Below, in pieces: positions 17,026 to 25,104 of a stretch of 25,104 nucleotides of DNA. The DNA is from an uncultured Myxococcales bacterium (GTDB lineage: Bacteria > Desulfobacterota > Binatia > UBA1149 > SPBQ01). Position numbers and translations under genes: made by a program. Each line of letters begins with the position of its first letter. Position 1 is the stretch's first letter. The stretch covers positions 1 to 25,104 of the forward strand of contig CAZJCO010000001.1 in assembly GCA_964544375.1 (NCBI GenBank). Reading direction: 5' to 3'. The notes under the pieces are model-generated. The model made no database searches. It had not been told where the DNA came from and saw nothing but the letters and a program-made list of their open reading frames with translations.

Positions 17026-17055
17026 CGGCCGGGGCAAAAGACCGGGCAGCTTGGA

Positions 17056-17835
17056 ATGACCGCCGGACCCTGCGAAGAGAGTTCCGTGGCCGGCCGGCAC
17101 ATACCCTTGCGGGGCGCATTCAACTTCCGCGATCTCGGCGGTTTCCGCGGCGACAGCGGCCGTCTGGTGACCGACGGTCGTGCTTACCGGGCCGACGCAC
17201 TGCACCGGCTCGAAGCCGAAGATGTCCGCTTGCTCGAGACCCTCTCTATCGAATGCTTCTTTGACCTGCGTAGTGAGGCGGAGTTGGCCAAGGACGGGAT
17301 CGGGGCCTTCGAGGCCGCCAACGGCCGGCACTGCCATGTTCCTCTGGTGAGCGTGAGCCTGAGCCCCTTCGATCCCTCGATCAATTGGCGCGAGATGAAT
17401 CTTCTCGATCGCTATCTCGAGATGCTCAAGGACGGCGGAGCCGCGATCCGCGCCGTCCTCGACGGTTTCCTGGAGGTCGATCGCGGTGCCGTCGTTTTTC
17501 ACTGTAGCGGCGGAAAAGACCGAACGGGTGTCGTCGCTGCCGTGTTGCTGCGGACGCTCGGCGTATCCGACGAGGACATCGTCGAAGACTACGCGAGCTC
17601 GGAAGGTTATCTGCGTTCGATCATTCTGCGTTATCGAGCCGAACTCGAGGCCATTGGGCTCGATCGGGATGCGGTCGAATACCTGACCTCTAGCAAGCCG
17701 GAACGCATGCGCCGCATGCTCAGCGAACTCGACCGAGTTTGGGGATCGACGGAAGGCTACCTCGACACGATCGGCTTCGGTGCCGACCGGCGGCAGCGCT
17801 TGCGCTCGCGCCTGTTGCTCGCGCCCTCGTCCTGA
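17056..17835 (+). CDS. Tyrosine-protein phosphatase family protein (Y_phosphatase3 / PtpB-like)
   Basis: NFRDLGG, FFDLRSEAE, P-loop FHCSGGKDRTG (CX5R), IVEDYASS. Confidence 0.9.
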   Translation: MTAGPCEESSVAGRHIPLRGAFNFRDLGGFRGDSGRLVTDGRAYRADALHRLEAEDVRLLETLSIECFFDLRSEAELAKDGIGAFEAANGRHCHVPLVSVSLSPFDPSINWREMNLLDRYLEMLKDGGAAIRAVLDGFLEVDRGAVVFHCSGGKDRTGVVAAVLLRTLGVSDEDIVEDYASSEGYLRSIILRYRAELEAIGLDRDAVEYLTSSKPERMRRMLSELDRVWGSTEGYLDTIGFGADRRQRLRSRLLLAPSS

Positions 17836-17836
17836 C

Positions 17837-18499
17837 TCAGCCAGAAAGGGCGGTAAGCCGTTCTTTCGCCGAGCGCGCGGCCTCAGTTTCCGGAAAGTTG
17901 TCGAGGATAAACTGGTAGCGTGCGCGGGCTGCCTGCGGGCGTCGCGAACGGGCGTAGTAATCTCCCACGAACAGTTCGTGGTCGGCCAGATGTTCTTCGA
18001 CCTGGGCCAAGCGAAACGCCGCTAGGCGCCCGTAGAGCGAGTCTTCGTAGCGCGCCATCACGCGCTCGAGCTGGCGCCGCGCGTTCTCGGCGGCCGACTG
18101 GTCGCGGTCGCGAGCGCGCATTTGGTCCAGGTAGCACATACCGATGGTGTACTCGACGAAGGCGAGATGCGTGCTGGTCGGGTGCAGACGTTCGAAGTCT
18201 GTAAATGCCGCGATCGCCTTGTCGTATTTGCCGTTTAGATAGTAGGCCTGGGCCACTCGCAATCGAGCGACTTCGGCAAGGTCGGAAAACGGATACTGTT
18301 CGAGGAGTTCGTCGTAAAGACGGCTTGCGGTGAAGAAATTGCGTGCTTCGAATTCGGCATTGGCCTCGGCGAAAAGACTCTTCTCTCCGCGAGGGGGGGG
18401 TGCCGAGCAAGAGGTGACCAGAAGCGCTAGCGCGAGCAGGATCAGCGCCAGAGACGCGCAGCGCCGGCATCCGAGCATCGGTCTGAGCGGTGGGAACAT
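17837..18499 (-). CDS. bamD: Outer membrane protein assembly factor BamD
   Basis: Lipobox LVTSC, TPR repeats (LLEQYPFS, FERLHPTS, DRDQS, ELFVGDYY). The start could instead be the second ATG (MLGCRR). Confidence 0.9.
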   Translation of the reverse strand: MFPPLRPMLGCRRCASLALILLALALLVTSCSAPPPRGEKSLFAEANAEFEARNFFTASRLYDELLEQYPFSDLAEVARLRVAQAYYLNGKYDKAIAAFTDFERLHPTSTHLAFVEYTIGMCYLDQMRARDRDQSAAENARRQLERVMARYEDSLYGRLAAFRLAQVEEHLADHELFVGDYYARSRRPQAARARYQFILDNFPETEAARSAKERLTALSG

Positions 18500-18567
18500 T
18501 CGGTAAGATTAGCGGGGATTGTTCGCCAGCGCCACGTTCGTGCCGGCAGAACTGCGCCTGGTCGCGT

Positions 18568-18594
18568 TTGACCGTCTGTGGCTGAACGCATAAT
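18568..18594 (+). promoter_or_regulatory. Possible sigma70 promoter of the ArsA-like pair
   Basis: TTGACC, 15 nt, CATAAT; the spacer is short. Confidence 0.3.
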
Positions 18595-18607
18595 GGCCTA
18601 GGCAACC

Positions 18608-19564
18608 ATGACAGCGTCTCGCCTTCATCTCGTCGTCGGCAAGGGCGGCGTCGGCAAATCGACGGTTACCGCGGCGATGGCCCTGGCGCTGGCGCAGCAG
18701 GGGCGACGCGTGTTGGCACTCGAACTCGATGGTCCCGGCGGCTTGGCACGCGCTTTCGGGGTCACGCCCGATCGACCGGCCAGTTTTCTCCGTGTGCGCC
18801 ACCGGCTCTCGGTCGGCTTCGTCGACGGCCAATCCGCCCTGGCCGAGTACCTGGGGCTCGTCATTCCCATCCGCCGTCTGCTCGATACCGTCTTCGGTAG
18901 TCGAATCTACAAGAACTTTGTCGCTGCCGCACCCGGCCTCAAAGAGCTGATGACGATGGGGAAAGTTTGGTACGAGTTCCAGCGTTGCGGAGACGATGGT
19001 CGCCCGGTCTGGGACGCGATTGTCGTCGACGCGGGAGCGTCGGGGCACAGTTTGCAATATCTGCAGATGCCGGCGGCGGCTGCGAGAACCTTCCGCAGCG
19101 GTCTGGTTCACCGCGAATCCCAGCGCGTAGCAGCGCTGCTCGGTGACGCGGCAACGACCCGTGTCCACGTTGTCACTGTGGCCGAGGACATGCCGCTGGC
19201 CGAAGCGCTCCAGATCCTCGCGCGATTGCGCGGAGAGCTGCGGCTTCCGGTCGGACGACTGTTCGTGAATCGCTGGCGCGCCGAGGCCCCGGAGGGCGCT
19301 CGGGCCGTGCTCGAGCGCCTGAGTACGGCGGCGCCCGCGGGCGCGGATGGCGCGTCGCTGACGATTCTCGAAGGCGTTCGGAGCGCGGGCTATCGCTGCG
19401 TGCAATGGGCCGAACTGCAGCGGCGCAGCCTTGATCGCTTCCAGGCACGAATGGGTCTGCAGCCGATTCTGCTGCCGCTGCTTGCGGTCGAAGAGTTCGG
19501 CACGGACGAGGTCGAGAGGTTGGCGAGTTTGGTCGCGCACGGGCCACGAGAGGTCGTCTTGTGA
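18608..19564 (+). CDS. ArsA/Get3 family ATPase, subunit A (Rv3679/BagA-like)
   Basis: VGKGGVGKST deviant Walker A, AAAPGLKEL, VVDAGASGH, VAEDMP, FVNR. Confidence 0.88.
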   Translation: MTASRLHLVVGKGGVGKSTVTAAMALALAQQGRRVLALELDGPGGLARAFGVTPDRPASFLRVRHRLSVGFVDGQSALAEYLGLVIPIRRLLDTVFGSRIYKNFVAAAPGLKELMTMGKVWYEFQRCGDDGRPVWDAIVVDAGASGHSLQYLQMPAAAARTFRSGLVHRESQRVAALLGDAATTRVHVVTVAEDMPLAEALQILARLRGELRLPVGRLFVNRWRAEAPEGARAVLERLSTAAPAGADGASLTILEGVRSAGYRCVQWAELQRRSLDRFQARMGLQPILLPLLAVEEFGTDEVERLASLVAHGPREVVL

Positions 19565-20709
19565 GTCTGGCGCCATTGATCGAAGGTCACCGGGTCCTGG
19601 TTTGCGTCGGCAGCGGAGGGGTCGGCAAGACCACCACGGCTGCCGCTCTGGCGCTGCAGGGGGCACTCATGGGGCGGCGAGCGATGGTGCTCACGATCGA
19701 TCCCGCCAGACGTCTGGCGCAATCGCTCGGCCTAGAGGCGCTGCGCAGTGGTGGGCAGCCGATCGACGAGGAGATCTTCGCCGACGCCGGTTTGCAACCG
19801 CAGGGGAGTCTCTGCGCCGGAATGCTCGAACAGGAGAGCGCCTGGGACCAGTTCATCGCGCGCCATGCCCCCAACGAGGAACTGCGCGAGACCATTCTCA
19901 GCAATGAGTTCTACCGCCATTTGTCGCGCTCGTTTGCGGGCTCGGCGGAATACATGGCGATCGAAGAACTGGGGCGCATCGAGGAAAGCGGCGAATATGA
20001 CCTGATCGTTCTCGATACACCGCCGACCGGGCATGCGCTGGACTTCCTCGAAGCGCCCAAGCGCCTGGACGACTTTCTCGACCGATCTGTGGTCGGTTGG
20101 TTCGTGCGCCCCTATGCTTCGGCCGGCTGGAGCGCGTGGAAGACGGCGAGCCGGAGCGTTCGGTTTCTCATGCAGCGAATCGAGGACGCGACCGGCAGCC
20201 AGTCACTGCGGCAGATCTCGGAGTTCTTCGTCGCGATGGAGAGCCTGTTCGATGGGATCAACGAACGAGGGCGCAAGGTTCGCTCCCTCTTGACGAGCGA
20301 GCGAACCGCGTTTGTGCTGGTCGCAGGTCCGCAAGAGCAGGTCCTCGGAGAGAGCGAGCTGCTGACGAGCAAGATGCGTGAACTCGCGATGCCGTTGAGG
20401 GGTGTGGTGATGAACCGTGTTTATCCGATGCCCGCCGGCGGCGAGTCCGAACCGACGGAGGCCGACGTTCGACGCGCCTTGCGTGCGGCCCATGATGGTG
20501 CGATCGCGTCGGAAATCGAGGACTGGCTCGTCGCCCGCTATCTAGAGGGCTGCACGATCGCGCGCTCGGAGGAGATTCGTCGGGAGTCTTTCGAGGCTGG
20601 GCTTGACGACGACGTGCGTTGCGTCGCGGTTCCGGAGTTCGAAGCAGACGTGCACGACCTCGTTTCGTTGGCCCGGGTGGGCCATGTGCTGGTAACCACG
20701 ACGGACTGA
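19561..20709 (+). CDS. ArsA/Get3 family ATPase, subunit B (Rv3680/BagB-like)
   Basis: VGSGGVGKTT, TIDPARRLA, GSAEYMA, VLDTPPTGHALDFLEAP, VVMNR. GTG overlaps the upstream TGA. Confidence 0.9.
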   Translation: MSLAPLIEGHRVLVCVGSGGVGKTTTAAALALQGALMGRRAMVLTIDPARRLAQSLGLEALRSGGQPIDEEIFADAGLQPQGSLCAGMLEQESAWDQFIARHAPNEELRETILSNEFYRHLSRSFAGSAEYMAIEELGRIEESGEYDLIVLDTPPTGHALDFLEAPKRLDDFLDRSVVGWFVRPYASAGWSAWKTASRSVRFLMQRIEDATGSQSLRQISEFFVAMESLFDGINERGRKVRSLLTSERTAFVLVAGPQEQVLGESELLTSKMRELAMPLRGVVMNRVYPMPAGGESEPTEADVRRALRAAHDGAIASEIEDWLVARYLEGCTIARSEEIRRESFEAGLDDDVRCVAVPEFEADVHDLVSLARVGHVLVTTTD

Positions 20710-20716
20710 GGCCGGG

Positions 20717-21988
20717 TCAGAAGGCGTCGATCGATCCCCAAACGCCGCAGGCCGGGCAACGTGTTTGCCAAGCCTTCGACGGAACTCCGCAGGCCGTACA
20801 CTTGGGTTCGGGTTTGGACAACTCCGCTGCTTCGAGTGCTTTGCGGGCCTCGCGTTGGGCAAGTTCTCCGTGTTCCCGCTGTTCTTCGATGAGAGCGCGC
20901 AGGGCGGCGGTCGCGGCTGGCGCGCGCGACTCGGTTACTTCCTGCAGTAACCGGTCGGCTTCCGCAAGCTTGCCGGCGTCCGTCATGACGCGCGCTGCGC
21001 GCAGCTTGAGCAGCTCGTTACTTGCGTGCCGGTTGACCGCTTTCTGGTAGAACTTGACCAGACGGGGTTGAAGCTCGGCCGGCGTCAAGCGTTCCAGCGT
21101 GTCGAGGACGGCACTGTGAGGCCTGCGCTTGACCGATTTTTCCAGCAAGCGAATCGCTTTTTTCAGTTGGCCTTCGGCCGCCAGTGCTTCCGCGCGAGCC
21201 GTCACTGCCGGAACGAATTCCGGTTCCTCCCCGGTGAGGCGTTGCAGCGCCTCGCCGCGGCCGTTCCCGTTGAGTTGCATTGCGGCCTCGAATCGCGCAC
21301 CGAGGAGACGGTTGCGCTCGGCTGCGTCCTGCGGCTGGCGATCGACCAACCGTTGCTGGATCTCGGCGGCGCGCTCCCATTGCTCCTGTGCGAACAAGAG
21401 ATCACGCAGCATGCGTAGGAGGACCGTGCTGGTTTCGCAGTGGGACACGGCGCGTTCGAGCGTTTCGATCGCAGCCTTGTGATCGCCCATCGCGAGTAAG
21501 GCGCGCGCCAATGCGTGCAGCAGAAGGGGGTCGTTGCCGAAATCTTTCTGTCCTTCTTCGAGTGCCCGACGCGCGCCTTCCGGGTCGGACGAACGCAGAA
21601 AGGTCTCCGCATAGTCGACAACGTCGCTCGCGTCGGGCGGCTTGCTCTGGGTTGCCTTGGTGAGCAGTGCCCGTGCGCGCTCGTACTCGCCGGCGAGCAG
21701 AAGCGAACGGGCAGAGGCCTTGTACTCGGCGGTACGCTCGGCGTGACGCAGTTCGCGCTGCACACGCCATTCGCGGATTGCGTGACGGCCCTCGCGCATG
21801 AGCGCGAAAAGAAACGAGACCGCGGCGCCGGCCAAGGCGGCGGCCAGCATTAACATGCCCAGCGGCAGCGTGTAGTCCAGGCCCGGCCCGAGGCGGAAGC
21901 CGATGTCCTGCGAGTTGAAATAAACCAGCGAACTCACCGCCGCAACGAGGACGATGAAGACGACAAATAAGAGAATTCTTCGCAGCAT
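20717..21988 (-). CDS. LapA-domain/TPR/rubredoxin protein (LapA-LapB-like fusion)
   Basis: Two N-terminal TM segments with a YFNSQDI loop (LapA-like), a TPR array, and C-terminal CTACG...WQTRCPACGVWGSI (LapB/YciM rubredoxin motif). Confidence 0.75.
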   Translation of the reverse strand: MLRRILLFVVFIVLVAAVSSLVYFNSQDIGFRLGPGLDYTLPLGMLMLAAALAGAAVSFLFALMREGRHAIREWRVQRELRHAERTAEYKASARSLLLAGEYERARALLTKATQSKPPDASDVVDYAETFLRSSDPEGARRALEEGQKDFGNDPLLLHALARALLAMGDHKAAIETLERAVSHCETSTVLLRMLRDLLFAQEQWERAAEIQQRLVDRQPQDAAERNRLLGARFEAAMQLNGNGRGEALQRLTGEEPEFVPAVTARAEALAAEGQLKKAIRLLEKSVKRRPHSAVLDTLERLTPAELQPRLVKFYQKAVNRHASNELLKLRAARVMTDAGKLAEADRLLQEVTESRAPAATAALRALIEEQREHGELAQREARKALEAAELSKPEPKCTACGVPSKAWQTRCPACGVWGSIDAF

Positions 21989-22008
21989 GGTCTACCGTCG
22001 GCGCGATC

Positions 22009-22392
22009 TCAGGCCGGCGCCCCCTGTATGGCAGAGCCAGGCTCATACGTCCAACGGGGAGCCTCCCGCCAGAGACGCTCCAAGTCGAACAATTCGCGTG
22101 TCTGCTGTTGAAAAACGTGGACGACGGCCTCGCCGAAGTCGAGCAGCGCCCAATGCCCTTGTTCGATACCCTCGGTCGACAAACAGGGGATACCGCGAGC
22201 TTTGAATCCGTCCAATACATTATTGCTGATGGCTTTTACTTGGATGTCGGAACGGCCCGAGCAAATGACGAAGTAATCCGTTACCGAGGACAGCTCGCGG
22301 AGATCCAAGACGACGATGTCGGTCGATTTTTTGTCGGCGGCGAGTTCGGAAGCAAGCGTGGCGATATCGAGAGCGTCGAGGTCCGAGTTCAA
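22009..22392 (-). CDS. rsfS: Ribosome silencing factor
   Basis: DKKSTDIVVLDL, DYFVICSG, WALLDFGEAVVHVF...RELFDLERLW. Follows nadD. Confidence 0.95.
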   Translation of the reverse strand: MNSDLDALDIATLASELAADKKSTDIVVLDLRELSSVTDYFVICSGRSDIQVKAISNNVLDGFKARGIPCLSTEGIEQGHWALLDFGEAVVHVFQQQTRELFDLERLWREAPRWTYEPGSAIQGAPA

Positions 22393-23069
22393 GTGCGATT
22401 CACTCCGTAGAGCCCGTGCTTGAGGATATAGCGTGCCACTTCGGCGCCGGTGAGCTGCTCGATCCCGAGCCCCCGCTCGAGCAGATCGCGGATTTCGGAC
22501 GAGGACGCTCGTATGCCTTTGATCGGTTGGAAGACCAACTTGTGGCCGCTTGGGTGCACGTAGCCGTCGATGGCCGGATCATAGCAACAGCTCGCCCGGG
22601 CAGCAACGGGCGGCGCTGGGCACGCCGGCGGCGTGGCTTGTCCCGGACGGCTGGTAACCACGAGATTTGCCAGTTCGAGCAGACGCTCGGGGCGCGACCA
22701 GCTGTCTACGTCGCAATAGGCATCGTTTCCGAGAATCAGAAACAGCTCGTGTTCGGGATAGTTCTCACGCGTCGAAAGCAGCGTGTCGACGGTGTAGGAA
22801 GGGCCGTTGCGGTCGACCTCGACGGTACTGACCTGGAGACGGGGGTCCCGGTCGGCTGCCAGTTCGAGCATCGCAAGCCGATCACGTATGGGTGCGCGCG
22901 CCACCTGGCCCTTGTGCGGCGGCCTCGCCGAAAGAACCAGCAGGACTCTTTCGAGCGCAAAGACGTCGGCCGTTTCGCAGGCACTGGCGACGTGGCCGAG
23001 GTGTACCGGGTCGAACGTGCCGCCGAGGACACCGATCCGAGGGCCGGGCTTCGGGGCCGCGTCTGCCAC
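22389..23069 (-). CDS. nadD: Nicotinate-nucleotide adenylyltransferase
   Basis: GVLGGTFDPVHLGH, PPHK, SYTVDT, ASSSEIR. Start moved to GTG 23069, just after the proA stop. Confidence 0.95.
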   Translation of the reverse strand: MADAAPKPGPRIGVLGGTFDPVHLGHVASACETADVFALERVLLVLSARPPHKGQVARAPIRDRLAMLELAADRDPRLQVSTVEVDRNGPSYTVDTLLSTRENYPEHELFLILGNDAYCDVDSWSRPERLLELANLVVTSRPGQATPPACPAPPVAARASCCYDPAIDGYVHPSGHKLVFQPIKGIRASSSEIRDLLERGLGIEQLTGAEVARYILKHGLYGVNRT

Positions 23070-23070
23070 C

Positions 23071-24327
23071 TCAGCGGACGGTTCCGTCGCCGCGGACGAC
23101 GTATTTGTAGGTCGTGAGTTCTCGCAGCCCCATCGGGCCCCGCGCATGGATGCGATTGGTCGAGATGCCGACTTCGGCGCCGAATCCGAACTCAAAGCCG
23201 TCGGTGAAGCGCGTCGAGGCGTTGGCGTAGACGACGGCGGAGTCGACCAGCGATAAGAATCGCTGCGCGTGTTCCTCGTCGCTACTGACGATCGCATCCG
23301 AGTGTCCCGAGCCGTAGCGGTTGATGAAGTTCACGGCTTCCGTGAGGGAGTCGACCACACGGACCGACAAGATCAGATCGAGGTACTCCGTGCGCCAGTC
23401 TTCTTCGGTAGCCGGCTCGGCGCCGTCGAGAAACCCTATCGAACGAGGGCAGGCACGCAGCCGGACGCCGGCGCCCGTGAGTTCCGGGCCGACGCGGCGG
23501 AGAAACGCTTGCGCGATACGTTCGTGAACCACGAGGTTCTCAATCGCGTTGCAGACGCCAGGGCGCTGCAGCTTCGCGTTCAGTGTAATCGCTACGGCCA
23601 TGTCGAGATCGCAGGGATCGTCGACGTACACGCTGCACACGCCTTCGTAATGTTTGATCACGGGGATGCGCGAGTTTTCGGCAATTGCGCGGACCAATCC
23701 GGGGCCGCCCCGCGGAATGATGACGTCGATGCCGTCGTCTTGGCGCAATAATGCCGTTGTCGTCGCGCGGTCGGTAGCTTTGATCAGCTGCAGCGAATGC
23801 TCCGGAATTCCGGCGCGGTCGAACTCGGCGATGAGCAGATCCGCCAACGCCTGGTTCGTATGGATCGCTTCTTTCCCACCTTTGAGGATCGCCGCGTTGC
23901 CCGACTTGATGCAAAGCGCGGCGACGTCGGCGGTCACGTTCGGTCGCGACTCGTAGATGACAGCAATCACGCCGATGGGAATCGGAACTTTGCGGATCCG
24001 GATACCCGAGGGCGCGGTCCATTCTTCGATCGCGCTCTCGAGTGGGTCGGCTAGGGCAGCGACGGTTTCGAGGCCAGCGGCGACCGCTTCGATTCGCCGC
24101 GAATCGAGCGTCAAGCGATCGATCAGCGCCTCGGTCAATCCCGCCGCGCGGCCGGCCTCAAGGTCCTTCGCGTTCGCGTCGAGCAGAGCGGAGGTCTCTT
24201 GTCGAATCCGTGTCGCGGAAGACGAGAGGGCTTTCGAGCGAACGTCGTTCGTGGTGGCCGCCAGACTTGTCGCCGCGACGCGTGCCTGCCGGCAGAGCGT
24301 GGCGACGTGCTCTTCGCAGTTCGTCAT
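23071..24327 (-). CDS. proA: Gamma-glutamyl phosphate reductase
   Basis: PIGVIAVIYESRPNVT, IPRGG, PGVCNAIE, GSGHSDAI, NASTRFTDG, GISTNRIHARGPMGL. Confidence 0.97.
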   Translation of the reverse strand: MTNCEEHVATLCRQARVAATSLAATTNDVRSKALSSSATRIRQETSALLDANAKDLEAGRAAGLTEALIDRLTLDSRRIEAVAAGLETVAALADPLESAIEEWTAPSGIRIRKVPIPIGVIAVIYESRPNVTADVAALCIKSGNAAILKGGKEAIHTNQALADLLIAEFDRAGIPEHSLQLIKATDRATTTALLRQDDGIDVIIPRGGPGLVRAIAENSRIPVIKHYEGVCSVYVDDPCDLDMAVAITLNAKLQRPGVCNAIENLVVHERIAQAFLRRVGPELTGAGVRLRACPRSIGFLDGAEPATEEDWRTEYLDLILSVRVVDSLTEAVNFINRYGSGHSDAIVSSDEEHAQRFLSLVDSAVVYANASTRFTDGFEFGFGAEVGISTNRIHARGPMGLRELTTYKYVVRGDGTVR

Positions 24328-25104
24328 GGTGCGGGTTCTCCGTTGTTTTCACCGACTTCGCTGAGAAGGATCAGGTTGTCGCGGTGGATGATTTCGTCTC
24401 CCATGTCATAGCCCAGCAACTCGCCGATGCGATTGCTATGCGCTCCACGGATCTGCTTGCAGGCCGCAGCGTCGTAGTTGACCAGTCCTCGGGCAATTTC
24501 CTTTCCGGCCAGGTTGGTACAACTGACGCAGTCCCCGACGTCGAAGCTTCCCTGGACTTCGCAGATTCCGGAGGGCAGTAAGCTGCCGCCGCGACGCTGC
24601 AGCGCAGTGACCGCTCCGTCGTCGATTATCAGCCGGCCACGGCACGCCATGCCATAGGCGATCCAATGCTTGCGGCTCGACAGCGGCGACAGGTTCGCCT
24701 GGATCAGCGTGCCGACGCTGCTGCTTGCGTCGAGCGCCTTCGATAACGTTCGTTCCCGCCGCCCGTTGGCGATGATCGTCGGAATTCCCCGACGCGCGGC
24801 GCTGCGCGCGGCGCGCAGTTTGCTGGCCATGCCGCCGGTGCCGAGTTTCCCGGCTTCGTCCGAGACGCCGGCGATGGCCGCGTCGATGTTCGTTACGACC
24901 TGCACGAGACTGCCGTCGCCCACACGGGGATCGACCGAGAGTAGACCGTCGACGTCGCTAAGGATGAGCAGCAGGTCGGCGCTCACCAGTCCCGCCACCA
25001 ATGCCGACAGGCGGTCGTTGTCTCCGAACTTGAGTTCCTCGATCGCCACAGAGTCGTTCTCGTTGACGCTCGGCATGATTCGCGGGTCTCGGAGTCGATG
25101 TCGC
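24324..25104 (-). CDS. proB: Glutamate 5-kinase (5' part outside the window)
   Basis: VNENDSV, FGDNDRLSA, LSDVDGL, GTGGMASK and a C-terminal PUA domain. The frame is open to the window edge. Confidence 0.95.
   Translation of the reverse strand, partial: RHRLRDPRIMPSVNENDSVAIEELKFGDNDRLSALVAGLVSADLLLILSDVDGLLSVDPRVGDGSLVQVVTNIDAAIAGVSDEAGKLGTGGMASKLRAARSAARRGIPTIIANGRRERTLSKALDASSSVGTLIQANLSPLSSRKHWIAYGMACRGRLIIDDGAVTALQRRGGSLLPSGICEVQGSFDVGDCVSCTNLAGKEIARGLVNYDAAACKQIRGAHSNRIGELLGYDMGDEIIHRDNLILLSEVGENNGEPAP

Noticed and set aside
18608-20709. Arsenic resistance (arsA)
   Set aside because: These are single-domain ATPases with no ars operon genes nearby; the motifs fit the Rv3679/Rv3680-type pair.

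Overview
A GC-rich, diderm (BamD, LapA/LapB) bacterial chromosomal window whose gene content looks delta-proteobacterial (Myxococcota/Binatota type; this is inference). No mobile element, CRISPR array, tRNA or rRNA was seen. In order: a GldA/F/G-like ABC exporter with a DUF4340 partner (-), polA, an ECF sigma/ZAS anti-sigma operon with two unknown genes (+), a ~8.2 kb sulfur operon (-), a tyrosine-phosphatase-fold gene, bamD, a tandem ArsA/Get3-like ATPase pair, and proB-proA-nadD-rsfS-lapAB (-). The main result is the sulfur operon. It has a sigma70 promoter and a SAM-I (S-box) riboswitch with terminator (not in the ORF track), followed by an E1-like adenylyltransferase, a ThrC-like PLP enzyme, a ubiquitin-like sulfur carrier ending GG-RS, a CysM-like synthase, a stand-alone NIL protein, a second degenerate E1-like protein, an atypical CX8CX2C radical SAM enzyme, a DASS transporter and Sat. 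The two E1-like proteins keep complementary halves of the MoeB active site, which suggests a heterodimeric E1 organised like eukaryotic NAE/SAE. All calls come from reading motifs by eye; no searches were run.
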